A DNA stretch of 64,000 bases from Chiloscyllium plagiosum (lineage: Eukaryota): positions 63,016,225-63,080,224 of the forward strand of contig NC_057718.1 in NCBI RefSeq assembly GCF_004010195.1, read 5' to 3'. This document shows positions 13,330-25,815 of the stretch, piece by piece. The translations under genes were made by a program, and so were the position numbers. Positions within the stretch are counted from its first letter, which is position 1. Each line of letters opens with the position of its first letter. The notes beneath the pieces were generated by a model that worked only from the letters and a program-made list of their open reading frames with translations, had not been told where the DNA came from and did not search any database.

Positions 13330-15180
13330 ACATGCTTAGCAAATCTCTCCAGTTATGCATCCAGTATCTGGTTTAAAACTGCAATATTGATCCCAAAATC
13401 TCATTCACATATTTTGATGACTGTATGACATCTCATAGCAAATTATTATTGGCGTAATATTTAGGTATTGCTGCTGAATCCCTTTTTAAAATTTAGTTCA
13501 ATATTTTCACTTAGAAAAACACCATACATAAAACTTTACCTGCAGGTTTCTGCCACTAAAGCACATTTTTAATTCTCTATAAAGGGCAACATTTCCCTTT
13601 CCCACAAGTAAAATTATAACCTCTCTTGTACTGGAGAAGCTACAGATTTGCATGAGGAGCATCACCAAAAGCGACAAGTTTTATGTTCCTTGATGACTAG
13701 TTTTTTTCCAACAAATTTTTTGTTGCCCTGAATAATATAATTCACCTTGGTATTTTTCATTGTTGCAATCAATTCTAATATTTCAAAATTGGAGTCTGAT
13801 CTGGTTTTGGTGCACAGTCAATTAGACATTGAAATGCTTCCATTTCAGTTTTGGAAGCAGTGGATCTTTTTCTGGAGGCCCTATTTTGATGAACAACAAC
13901 TGGACTAACATTTTCCAAATTAGATTGCTGAAGCAAAGTGACAATCAATCCATTCTGCATGATTTCCAATCCAATGTATCTAAAAAAGGTCCAGAAGCCT
14001 GAATTCCAATTCTGAATTCTGCCCATTTATGAAATGTTTTCAAATTCACAGCTCCCATCCCACAAATGAAATCATCCCCGTGCATCATGAAGATGGCTGA
14101 AAGAGACTTCATTTAGGCCACATATATACATTTAATTTCCAGCACTTAGTGTCTCTTTGAGGACAAAGAAATGCCTCTCACTTGAGCTGATCTCCTGTAG
14201 AAATGCAGCTTCACTATCGCTCCAAAGTACAAGTTGCTAGCACAACCAAGAAAATTTTCAAAATTGCTTTCCTGACTGTTGGTGATTCCAATGGCATAGC
14301 TTGGTCCTTCAAAACCTCATGTCACAAGCCTTGCTTTAGTCTTAAAAGTCCCATTACAAGACACCTTTTCCATGCATAACCACTCAGAATAGGCCTGGTT
14401 ATTGCCCATCTGGCATATTAGAGTACACCCTAATTCTCTCCAGCTTTATAATTCTTGTTTAGCATCCTGTATAAACTGGTCTTCTATTCGTTCATAGCTA
14501 AAATTTCTTTTTAGCATTGGCTTCTGGTGCTGGCAATATTCCTGGTTTGAACTAATTTTGTGGGTGGCACGGTGGCTAGCACTGCTGCCTCACAGCACCA
14601 GAGACCCGGGTTCAATTTCCGACTCAGGCGACTGACTGCGTGGAGTTTGCACGTTCTCCCCGTGTCTGCGTGGGTTTCCTCCGGGTGCTCCGGTTCCTCC
14701 CACAGTCCAAAGATGTGCAGGTCAGATGAATTGGCCATGCTAAATTGCCCGTAGTGTTAGGTAAGGGGTAAATGTAGGGGTATGGGTGGGTTGCGCTTCG
14801 GCGGGTCAGTGTGGACTTGTTGGGCCGAAGGGCCTGTTTCCACACTGTAATGTAATCTAATCTAAATCATGTAACCTTGACCTTGTTAAACCAAATCTCT
14901 ATCTTGTCTTCTCTCTTTTTGCTGCTTCTTGACCTGCCCCCTACTTTTTAATAGGCTTTCTTTCGATGTTCTGAGATCATTTTCTAGAGGTATATTTGTT
15001 TGCAGATCATCTGTTTGAGCTTGCACTGCATTTCCTCGCCTTTCATCTTTATACTTCATATTCCCAATCCATGGATTTAACTTCCTGCCCTTCATTCTGT
15101 ACATCCATGTTTTCCAGTAGTCTTTCTGCTGTCCTTATCATAGTCACCTTTCTCCATTGACTATCTCCTATCAACACTTA
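13330..15180 (-). mobile_element. Ty1/copia LTR-retrotransposon pol remnant (RT + RNase H), GalEa-like
   Basis: Minus-strand motifs in copia order: KTTGKH / DVQNEGQEVKSMDW linker, GTFKTKARLVT*GFE (about 14307-14352), ESPTVRKAILKIFL, AAFLQ, CGLNE, MMHGDDF (about 14068-14088), FRYIGLEI, KLVAFGDAPHANL (about 13644-13682), KCCPL, ALVAET, INIAVLNQIL; interrupted by HE1. Confidence 0.85.
14562..14865 (+). mobile_element. HE1 SINE (V-SINE), near full length
   Basis: tRNA-like head (GGCACGGTGG, GGTTCAATTTCC), V-domain GTGGAGTTTGCACGTTCTCCCCGTGTCTGCGTGGG, CR1-like tail and TAATC repeat. Confidence 0.95.
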
Positions 15181-17712
15181 CAACAGCCAAGTTCCAGGCA
15201 CCATCCCACAACTCATCCTCTTCAACCTTGACCACAACGTCTTCACCAACAACCAGTTCTCTATCCAGACACACAGAATAGTCAAGGGGGCCAACATTTT
15301 CATGCACAAATTTGAACAACACTTATTTGCTGCACGGGACCTCCAACCAACGCTTTATACCAGATACATTCATGACATTTTCTTCCTTTGGACTCTCAGC
15401 AAGGAATCACTGAAACATCAACATAGTGATGGCAACAAGTTTCATCCCATCAGACTTACCATGGACTTCTATTTATCACTCTCATTCTTGGACACACTCA
15501 TCTCAATCAAGGACAGGTAATGTTAAAAGATTAAAACAGGGCTCTCTCTTTCTCTGGACATTAATGTAATACTAAAGAGTTAAACTGCATTGTCTTTAGG
15601 TGGGGATAAAAGCCATGAAAGAATGCAGATGACTATCCATTATAAGCTACAGTTCATTTTGACTTTACACCTCTGCTATTGTCAAGGTGAATTTTCAATT
15701 CAATCGTCCATTCAGAAATGCTTTCTGGCCAGAGGTATGTCGCACCTGTATTGTCTTGGGGAAAGCACTGAGTCAGGAAGTCATCTGCATAATGATTCCC
15801 CAGGATTAAGGCATTAGCATTTATATTACCTCCGAGGAGGATCTCATCCTGCCATTGTACCTGGGGTAACATGCGACTGTGAGTAACTGGGGGTTGTCTT
15901 GAGTGGCGTGTGACTGTTGGAGGAGTGGCCATAGTATCTGTAAGTATTGCAACTGACCTGTATAAAAAGGGATGTAGTTTCTTTGTTAAGTCCCCTACTT
16001 TGACTCAACCTCGCATGCCTTTGTGGGGGGGGGGGGGGGAAGAAGAGAAAAGAGAGTGGTGGTCAGATGGGGTCACCTTACTTGTACAAGCTTTAATAAA
16101 ACTTTTAACAGTTTTCCTTGTTCAGAGAGAACTTTTTGCCATGACCCCATAAGTTCTGCAAGGTGTGTTAAAGGTTCCTCCAGAAAGTCTGTACTGTACT
16201 GTTTAATAAATTTGGTTGCTTGTTCGTGAAGTTGGTGTGTTGCAGTTGCATCAAGTGTGTAAGAACCTCAGGAGTAAAAGAACTTAACAGGTGGACTCCC
16301 CAATACCTCATTCTACCACAAGCTCAAGAATAACTTCATAATGTTGCCCCTTGAACTTCCACCATAGACATATTAAAACCGCCAACCCCTACAGCAAAGC
16401 CCTACACATACACAGGATCTGCTCAGATGAGGAGGAACACGCCCTCATAAGGACGGGATACGATGTTCAACTCATCGATTGCCAGTTCCGACATGCCACC
16501 ACATGCGAAAATCCAGACTGACATCCTCAGAAGACAATCACAGGATACAACCAATAGGATACCCTTCGTCATCCAGTACTTCCCGGGAGTGGAGAGACTA
16601 TGCCATGTTCTTCACAGCCTGCAACATGTTGACGATGAGCACCTTGCCGAGATCTTCCCTGTGCCCCTACTTGTTGCCCTCAAAACAACCGTCAAACTTT
16701 AAACAGACTATTGTTTGCAGCAAACTACCCAACCTCGAGGGCAACCTCAACTGTAACACCATACAACACTGTCATGGCAACCACTGCAAGACATGTCAAA
16801 GCACAGACATGGATACTAACATTACACCTAGGGACACCACTCACCAAGTGCACAGCAGATACTTGTGAGACTCGGCCAATGTTGTCTCTCATATATGTTG
16901 CAGGCAAGGATGACCAGAGGCACGGTATATTGGCAAAACCATGCAGAAACTATGACAACAGATGAATGGACACCATGCAACAATTGCCAGACACGGATTT
17001 CCCTCCCAGTGGGGAACACTTCAGCAGTCAAGGACATGCAGCCTCGGAAATGTGGGTAAACATCCTCCAAGGTGGACTTCAGGATACATAACAACACAAA
17101 GTTGCTGAACAGAGGCTAATAGCCAAGTTTGATACCCATGAGGATGGCCTCAACCAGGGTTCATGTCACACTACAGGTGACCCCACCACACTACACACAC
17201 ACAGTTATATACTTCCTCACGCATATACACATCAATGAGCTGAATTTACATACTTGTATTTGCAGATACATTCTATTTTGTTCAAAAAAAGCACACAATC
17301 TGCGGACAATCAGTCAATGTGGCATTTTATAAATTCCTACTTTGGAAATAAAATCAGTCTGACTCCAGGCTGAGACACAAACAGACACGAAACAACGCCT
17401 CACATCTAAAAATGCATTGTCTGACCAAAGATATCACCTTTATACTGTCAAGTTATCTTGGGGCAGTGACTTGAAATAAATTCTGGGATTGACTTACTAA
17501 AATCAATCAAAACCTGTACTCTAACTGTTTAGAGACTTAATAGTCATGTAGGTTTGTTCAACACATTGTATGACCCATTGATCTTTTACTTATAAATACT
17601 ATTCGACATACTCTCTCTCACTAGCTGCCTGAGGAAGGGCAGGGCTCCAAAAGCATGCGTTTTCAAGTAAACCTGTTAGACTATAACCCAGTGTCATGTG
17701 ATTTTTGACTTT
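15181..17712 (+). mobile_element. Penelope-like element remnant (RT + GIY-YIG + pseudo-LTR)
   Basis: ANIFMHKFEQ...YTRYIHDIFFLWT (RT), IPFVIQYFPG, CHGNHCKTC, TC.SANVV..ICCRQG..YIGKT (GIY-YIG), terminal repeat with CTGAGGA core near 17629; split by a solo LTR. Confidence 0.9.
15521..16289 (+). mobile_element. Solo LTR
   Basis: TGTTAA...TTAACA termini, TATAAAA at 15961, AATAAA at 16206; interrupts the Penelope RT; homologous to 44465-45131. Confidence 0.8.
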
Positions 17713-17989
17713 GAATAAAAATGAAGGTATGATTAAGTTACAAGAAAAAAATACATGCACATTTGTGAGAAAATGTCAACTAGAACCAATACCTTGTATT
17801 CACACATCATATTTAAACATAGTAAAATATTGAGGTGCTTCAGAAAAGTGTTTACTTAATTGGAAATTTCTTCTCTTACAGTATCTGATGTTGGACAAGC
17901 AGTCTGTCAATTTCAAGATATGGAGGGTGGAGCATTGTATTGGGGAGGTCTGTGAGGAACAAAGCCGTCAAAGGTCAGCATACAGACTA

Positions 17990-18629
17990 GGAGCATGAAA
18001 AAAAACCCAGCAATAATTATGGGTGACTTTGATCATCAAACAGTAGTTATGAAAACAAATTCATAGAGTGCTTTAGGGATAGTTTCCGAAAGCCAATCTG
18101 GAAATTGGCAATAAGGAAAGTTTACTAAATGACAGAGTAAAAGATCCTTTAGGAAGTAGTGATCACAACATTATAGAACTTAATACTCAGTTTGTGTAAA
18201 AAACATTAATTCATCTTATCGAAGTTAAGTAAACTTCAATGAGGATAGAATTAGCTAAAGTGGTCTGGCTGAATATATTAGCAGGAATGATTAAGCAAGC
18301 AGTGACAGATATTTCAGGAGGTAATTCATGACACTCAGCAAAAATATATCCCAGTAAGGAGGAAAGATTCTAAGAGAGAGATAAACCAACCATGGCTAAT
18401 CAAGGAAATTAAGGAAAATATATTAAGTTGAGAGAAAAAGCAGACAAAAGGCAAAGTCAGTGATAGCCCCACATATTGGAATAAATTCAAGAACTAGCAA
18501 GATAATAAAGAAATTAAACTATAAGAATAAAACAGTGAAGAACATAAAAACTGGCAATTAGCTATTCTTTAAATGCACAAAAAGGTAAGAAAGGTCAAAG
18601 CGAACACAGGCTCCTTAGAAAATGAATCT
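17990..18629 (+). mobile_element. Old CR1 ORF2 remnant
   Basis: IIMGDFD, PLGSSDHNIIEL, QPWL motifs. Confidence 0.7.
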
Positions 18630-21214
18630 GGGGGGAATCTAAGATGGCGGCGATCTGAGAAGATCACACTGCAGAGCTTCACATCACAGCAGGAGCAGGA
18701 CAGTCCTTTAACCCACCCAACCCAGGTCATCAGGATTTCTTGGGGCATTAGAAAGATTGTGGAGCCCCAAGAAACATGTAAAAATGGACTTACCTGTATT
18801 TTCAGCTGTCCAGAAATGCCTAAAAAGGGAGGAGCAGCATCTGAGGCCAGGCCTGCAGCTCAGCCCGCAGCAGCCACAGAGCCGATTACAGTCCAGGACC
18901 TGGTGAACCAGCTCTCGAAATCTCGCGAGATGTTGAAGAAACAGATTGAAGAGAAGCTGACTCCAGTCTCTCTCATGCTGCAGAAGCATGAGCAGCAGCT
19001 GGGAGACCCAAAAGAGGACGGATGAGGTGGAGCACAGGGACACAGTGGTGGAAGCTGATGCCAGTTCATTCAATGAAGAGATCCAAGCCCTGAAGACGCA
19101 GGTTCGTAATTTGCATGACCAAGTGGATGATCTTGAAAACAGGGGCAGGAGGAAAAACATTCGGATCATCGGTCTGCCTGAGGGTAAGCAAGCTTGTGCT
19201 TGTGATGGGGCTCTAGCTGGGAGAAGTGAAGGTGGTGGAGATGGTCAGATGTCTATTTATGGGCAGTTCGGGACAGGTAGTTGCCCCCTCCGGGCAGGGG
19301 GTGAGTTCCCCTACTCGGCGCTATGGCGCTTTATATGTTGGTTTGGTTTCTGGTTTTTGTTGTTTTTTATTTTTTAATAATTTTGTATGTTTGTTAAATG
19401 CAGTGGTTTTAGTTTATGTAGTTTTTATATTTGGTAGCCCATGCGACACTAAGGCTCAGCAATTTGTGGTTCGGGTTCCTCCTCTCTGGAATTTAAATGT
19501 AATTGCAGAAGATTACACTGACTGACACACAGGCGACTGACTGTGTGGAGTTTGCACATTCTCCCAGTGTCTGTGTGGGTTTTCTCCGGGTGCTCCGGTT
19601 TCCTCCCACAGTCCAAAGATGTGCACATCAGGTGAATTGGCCATGCCAAATTGCCCATAGTGTTAGGTAAAGGGGTAAATGTACGGGAATGGGTGGGTTA
19701 CGCTTCGGCGGGTCGGTGTGGACTTGTTGGGCCGAAGGGCCTGTTTCCACACTGTAAGTAATCTAATCTAAAAAAAGATTATGGCTAATGATTTGATTAA
19801 ATGGTGTACCTGGAATATCAAGGGAAGTCACTCACCAATTAATAGAAAGAAGGTATTCTTGAGTCTTAGAAAGGAGAAGGTGGATATTGCTTTGTTACAG
19901 GAGACACATTTGGATGACCAGGAGCATCTGAAATTACAGCAGAATGGCTTTGACCGAGTTTATTTTTCATCATTTAATACCAGAAGTAGGGGAGTGGCTA
20001 TATTGGTTAGGAAAAATCTCTCATTTAAATTGTTGGAATGTGTTAAAGACACATACAGGAGATTTGTAATTCTTAAAGCCTTGATAAATGGGGAAGCATA
20101 TGGCATTTAAAATGTTTATCGTCCCCCAGCTCATCCTCTTAAATTCTTGGTAGATGCTTTTTCTAAACTGGTAAGTCTCAAGTCTCAGCACATCATTATA
20201 GGGGGAGATTTTAACTGCCTCGTGGACCCCACAGTAGACAGTTGCCTAACGGTCCCTCGATACCCTCTGCACAAACTAAACAGTTATTGGGTTTGTGTTG
20301 AGAATTGGGATTAGTGGACGTCTGGGAGGTGTCTCCACCCTACAGGTAGGGATTTCACATTTTTCTCCAATCCGCACAGATGTCACACGAGGTTTGATTT
20401 TTTTCTGACCCCTGCAATAACCCTGAATCTGGTGGCATCCTGTACGATTGGTAATATTGCCATCTCTGATCATGCTCCAGTGTACTTCATGGTTAAAATT
20501 AAGGATGTTAAAGTGGATTCAAGGTACTGGTGAATGGACCCCTTTATTCTCATGGACAGCAAGTTTGTGGAGTATTTCTCTAGGGAATTTCAGGCATTCC
20601 TAGACATCAACATAGGCTCGGTTGATAGCTCATCTGTTCTCTGGGAAACTGCCAAAGCTTATGCCAGAGGGGTTAGTCATTTCATATTCCACAAGTAGGA
20701 AGCGGCAGAAGGAAGGGTGAGCAGCAACGTCTCCTTGAAGCACGGTTGAAAGCAGCAGAGAAGGCCTATTTTGACAGAGGAGAAAGTGAGGACTGCAGAT
20801 GCTGGAGATCAGAGCTGAAAATGTGTTGCTGGAAAAGCACAGCAGGTCAGGCAGCATCCAAGGAACAGGAGAATCGACGTTTCGGGCATAAGCCCTTCTG
20901 TTATCCTCTATTATTAAAGAGGATCAGACAGGCTTCATAAAGGGTCGCAGATCCTCCAATAACATTAGGAGGCTGCTTAACGTAATTCAAGCATGCCAAC
21001 AGCAGTCAATACAGGGATTGGTGATTTCTTTAGATGCAGAGAAGGCATTTGACAGAGTTGAGTGGCTGTACCTTTTCTATACTCTAGACCAGTTTAGTCT
21101 GGGTGAAGTTTTCATAAGATGGGTAAAGGTTCTCTACAGTGTACCTCTCGATGCGGTCATTACCAACGGGGTACAATCAAGCAATTTTAATATTTCTAGC
21201 GGCAGCCGGCAGGG
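18630..21214 (+). mobile_element. L1-clade LINE: 5' UTR, ORF1, ORF2 (APE and part of RT); internally deleted and pseudogenised
   Basis: Starts GGGGGG..AAGATGGCGG; ORF1 from 18816 MPKKGG...DDLENRGRRKNIRIIGLPEG; ORF2 from 19781 WNIKG, LQETHL, GGDFN, SDH, then QTGFIKGR, SLDAEKAFDRVEW, GSRQG. Confidence 0.92.
19531..19770 (+). mobile_element. HE1 SINE, 5'-truncated, in the L1 inter-ORF region
   Basis: V-domain plus tail near-identical to 14562-14865. Confidence 0.92.
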
Positions 21215-21870
21215 CTTGAAAGTTGCCACCCAGGTTGACAGGGTTGTTAAGAAAGCATACAGTGTTTTAGCGTTTATTAAAAGAGGGATTGAGTTCCGGA
21301 ACCATGAGATTATGCTACAGCTGCACAAAGCTCTAGTGCAGCCACACTTGGAATATAGTGTACAGTTCTGGTCACCGCATTATAAGTAGTATGTGGAAGC
21401 TTTGGAAAGGGTGCAGAGGAGATTTAGTAGGTTGTTGCCTGGTATGGAGGGAAGGTCTTATAAGGAAAGGCTGAGGGACTTGAGACTGTTTTCGTTGGAG
21501 AGAAGAAGGTTGAGAGGGGACTCAAATTGGGAGATAAGATAATCAGAGGGTAAGATAGGGTGGACAGGGAGAGCCTTTTTCCAAGGATGGTGACGGCGAG
21601 CATGAGGGGGCATAGCTTTAAATTGAGGGGTGATAGATATAGGACAGATGTCAGAAGTAGTTTCTTTACTCAGAGTAGTAAGGGTATGGAATGCTTTGCA
21701 TGTAACGGTGGTAGATTCGCCAAGTTTAAGTACATTTAAGTAGTCATTTCACAAGCATATGGACGTACATGGAATAGTGTAGGTCAGATGGACTTCAGAC
21801 TGGTATGACAGGTCGGCGCAACGTCGAGGGCCGAAGGGCCTGTACTGCGCTGTAATGTTCTATGTTCTAT
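21215..21870 (+). mobile_element. CR1 LINE 3' end
   Basis: LKVATQVDRVVKKAY...LEYSVQFWSPHY; tail ATGTTCT repeat. Confidence 0.9.
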
Positions 21871-23426
21871 AACCAGAAGGCAGTCTCCGAATGAAGGGGC
21901 ATCAATTTAAAACTAGATGAGAAGGAATTTCTTCTGCGGGTTGAGTGTCTTGGAACTCCTCACCACAGAACGCTTGGGGGCACAGTTCTTGTATAATTTA
22001 AGGCTGAGATACATGGATTCTTGTTCAGTAAGGCAATCGAAGATCATGAGGAAAAGGTAGGAAAGTGGATGAGAGACAGACCAACCATGATCCTATTGAA
22101 TAGCAGTGCAGGCTTGAGGACCCAAACAGCCTACTCCTGTATATTTCTTGTCTCTTATGGAAAACAGATGGTGGGGGCATGGGTAGATCGATCCTTGGGG
22201 GTTACCCCCATAAATAACTAGGAACAAGATTAAAAACCAAGTTAGATTATTCTCTGGGTAGGATTGGAAAAATAAAAATGGAATCACATGGAATACAGTC
22301 TCATTCATTGGTTCTCTGTTGTAATCCAGCTGAAACAAAAACAAAGTGCTGGAAGAACTCCGCAGATCAGGCAGCATTTGTGGAGAGAAAAACAGTTAAC
22401 CCTTCAAGTCCAAAGATCCTTCATCAATACAATAAAGTAGGAATGTGTGATCAAACATCTCAAAGGCTAAGAATAAGGAGAGATCATATTTTACCCTTTG
22501 ACATCTGAGACAGTTATTTTGGTACTCAGGTTGGGCTGAAAAATGCATTGGAAGGATTCACAAGAGAGTTTGTAGAAAGACTGGCAAAGTGGCAAGGGTT
22601 TGAAGGTAACAATATGTTCAATAACTTTGCAAGGAAGAAGTGAGACACAGGAGTCAAGGGTTGACACTGAGGAAAGGGGATGATAAGAACTCCTTTGAAC
22701 ACAACAACCTATTAAAGTAAGTTTTATTTTATAAAAGGCCAGCACATATGCAATGTTTTATCTCTATTCATCAACTGAAATAAAGTATTTCTTTCTCAAT
22801 TGAGAAACCCAAGTCGAACACCAAAGCTCAAAAGTTCACAAAACAATGAAATAAAACTGAAGAAGAAAAAAAGAAGAAATAATGGCAAGATGCTACAACT
22901 TTGCAAATTAAAATGGAAGACTGAGTCAATGAGGCAGTTTTACCACTGAGGCATTGAGAAAATAACCAAAAATTGGAAAATGTGTAACTATCTTCATTTC
23001 AAAACAGTGAGCAGAAAAAATGCAGTTGTGTCAACGGTCGTGTAAATTACTGGAATAAAAGGTGTTGCAAAGTTCAAGTAGATGTAAAACAGCATGCTTT
23101 TAAGATGATTCTCCTTTATCTCAGTCAGTAATCTTCCCTCAACTACCAAAAGTGATTGGATTAACTGGTCATTCACTTTATTTTCCTGTTTGCAAGACTT
23201 TGAATACAAATTGGCAGCATCAATTCTAGAAAAAAGTGAATGTATTTTAAAAATTAATTCATTAGTTTTGTTGAAACAAAAAAAACACTTTTACTGTCAA
23301 CCTGCCTGACTTAAAATTTAAACAAAGCTTTACTCATTAACTGTTAACGATCATTAACTGGCACATTCTAAGACAACACCTCTACCAATCAGCATGTTCA
23401 AAATGTTGTTTTTCCCTTTGGCATTT

Positions 23427-25815
23427 AGAGTCATAGAGATGTACAGCATGGAAACAGACCCTTCAGTCCAACTCATCCATCCCAACCCAATCTAGTTCCA
23501 CTTACCAGCACCTGGCCCATATCCCTCCAAACCCTTCCTATTCATATACCCAACCAGATGGGCGGCACGGTGGCCCAGTGGTTAGCACTGCTGCCTCACA
23601 GCGCCTGTAGACCCGGGTTCAATTCCCGACTCAGGTGACTGACTGTGTGGAGTTTGCACATTCTCCCCGTGTCTGCGTGGGTTTCCTCCGGGTGCTCCGG
23701 TTTCCTCCCACAGTCCAAAGATGTGCGGGTCAGGTGAATTGGCCATGCTAAATTGCCCGTAGTGTTAGGTTAAACGGGTAAAGGTAGGGGTATGGGTGGG
23801 TTGCGCTTCGGCGGGTCGGTGTGGACTTGTTGGGCCGAAGGGCCTGTTTCCACACTGTAAGTAATCTAATCTAATCTAATTTCTTCAGATGCCTTTTAAA
23901 TGTTGCAAATGTACCAGCCTCCACTTTCTCTGGCAGCTCATTCCATACACACACAACCCTCTGCGTGAAAAAGTTTCCCCTCAGGTCTCTTTTATATCTT
24001 TCCCCCTCACCCTAAACCTATGCCCTCTACTTCTGGACTCCTCCACGCCAAGGAAAAGACTTTGTCTATTTATCCTATTCATGGCCCTCATGATTTTATT
24101 ACCTCTACAAGGTCACCCCTCAGCCTCCGATGCTCCAGGGAAAACAGTCCTGGTCTATTCAACCTCTCCCTGTAGCTCATATCCGCCAACCCTGGCGACA
24201 TCCTTGTAAATCTTTTCTGAACCCTTCCAAGTTTCACAACATCTTTCCGATAGGCAGGAGAACAGAACTGCACACAATATCCCAAAAAGGTGGTCTAACC
24301 AATGCTGCAATATGACCTCCCATTTCCTACACACAATACTCTGACCAATAAAGGAAAGCATACCAAACGCCTTCTTCACTATCCTATCTACCGGCGACTT
24401 CACTTTCAAGGAGCTATGAACCTGCACTCCAAGGTCTTATTGTTCAGCAACACGCCCTAGGACCTGACCATTCAGTGTCTAAGTCCTGCTAAGATTTGCT
24501 TTCCCAAAATGCAGCACCTCGCATTTATCTGAATTAAACTCCATCTGCCATTTCTCAGCCCATTGGCCCATCTGATCAAGATCCTGTTGTAATCTGAGGT
24601 AATCTTCTTCACTGTCCACTACACCTCCAATTTTGGGGTCATCTGCAAGCATACTAACCATACCTCTTATGCTCCCATCCAAATCATTTATATAAATGAA
24701 GAAAAGTAGTGGACTCAACACCGATCCTTGTGGCACTTCACTGGTCAGAGACCTTCAGTCTGAAAAACAACCCTCCACCACCACCACCCTCTGTCTTCTA
24801 CCTTTGAGCCAGTTCTGTATCCAAATGGCTAGTTCTCCTTGTATTCCATGAGAACGCCTAGGAACCCTCCAACCACAAGGGATGAATGCCTAGGAACCCT
24901 CCAACCACAAGGGATGAACTCGGATTTCACCAGTTTGCTCATTTCCCCTCCCCCCACCTTGTCTCAGTCAAATCCATTGAACTCAGCACCGCCTTCCTAA
25001 CCTGCAATCATGCTGCCTGACCTGCTGCGCTGTTCCAGCAACACATTTTCAGCTTCCATGAGATCTAACCTTGCTCACCAGTCTCCCATGGGGAACCCTG
25101 TCAAATGCCTTACTGAAGTCCATATCAACCCTCTTACTTCTTCAAAAATCTCAATCAAGTTTGTGAGACATGATTTCCCAAGCATAAAGCTATGTTGACT
25201 ATTCCTAATCAGTCCTAGCCTTTCCAAATACATGTACATCCTGTCCCTCAGGATTCCCTCCAACAACTTGCCTACCACCTAAGTCAAGCTCACTGGTCTA
25301 TTGTTCCCTGGCTTGTCCTTACCACCTTTCTTAAACAGTGGCACCACGTTAGCCAATATCTTCCAGTCTTCCAGCATCTCACCTGTGATAATCGATGATA
25401 CAAATATCTCAATAAGAAGCCCCGCAATCACTTCCCTAGCTTCCCACAGAATTCTAGGGTACACCTGATCAGGTCCTGGGGATTTATCCACTTTTATATG
25501 AGTTTCAAGATATCCAGCACTTCCTCCTCTGTAATATGGACATTTTTCAAGATGTCACCACCTAGTTCCCTCCATTCTATATCTTCCATATTCCTTTCCA
25601 TAGTAAATACTGATGCAAAATACTCGTTTAGTATCTCCTGTGGTTTCACACAAAGGCCACCTTGCTGATCTTTGAGGGGCCCTATTCTCTCCCTCATTAC
25701 CCCTTTGTCCTTAATGTATTTGTAAAAATCCTTTGGATTCTCCTTAACTCTACTTGCCAAAGCTCTCTCATGTCCCCTTTTTGCCCTCCTGATTTTTCTT
25801 AAGTATACACCTACT
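23427..25815 (-). mobile_element. CR1 (HER1-like) LINE ORF2 remnant with 3' UTR
   Basis: KSPGPDQVYP, KSCLTNL, PQGSVLSP, ADD, YCVQF motifs on the minus strand; carries HE1 (23560-23880) and Penelope (24854-25053) insertions. Confidence 0.95.
23560..23880 (+). mobile_element. HE1 SINE, full length
   Basis: Intact head GGCGGCACGGTGGCCCAGTGG, B-box GGTTCAATTCC, V-domain, (TAATC)n tail; CAGATG on both flanks. Confidence 0.95.

Noticed and set aside
13536..13730. Minus-strand exon-like segment with a CAG|GTAAAG donor
   Set aside because: Explained by the copia RNase H remnant, and it contains stops
18638..18655. YY1 motif with ATG as a host gene start
   Set aside because: It marks the 5' end of the L1, directly upstream of L1 ORF1
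23560..23632. tRNA-like A and B boxes, here and in the other HE1 heads
   Set aside because: These are SINE heads followed by the V-domain, not tRNA genes
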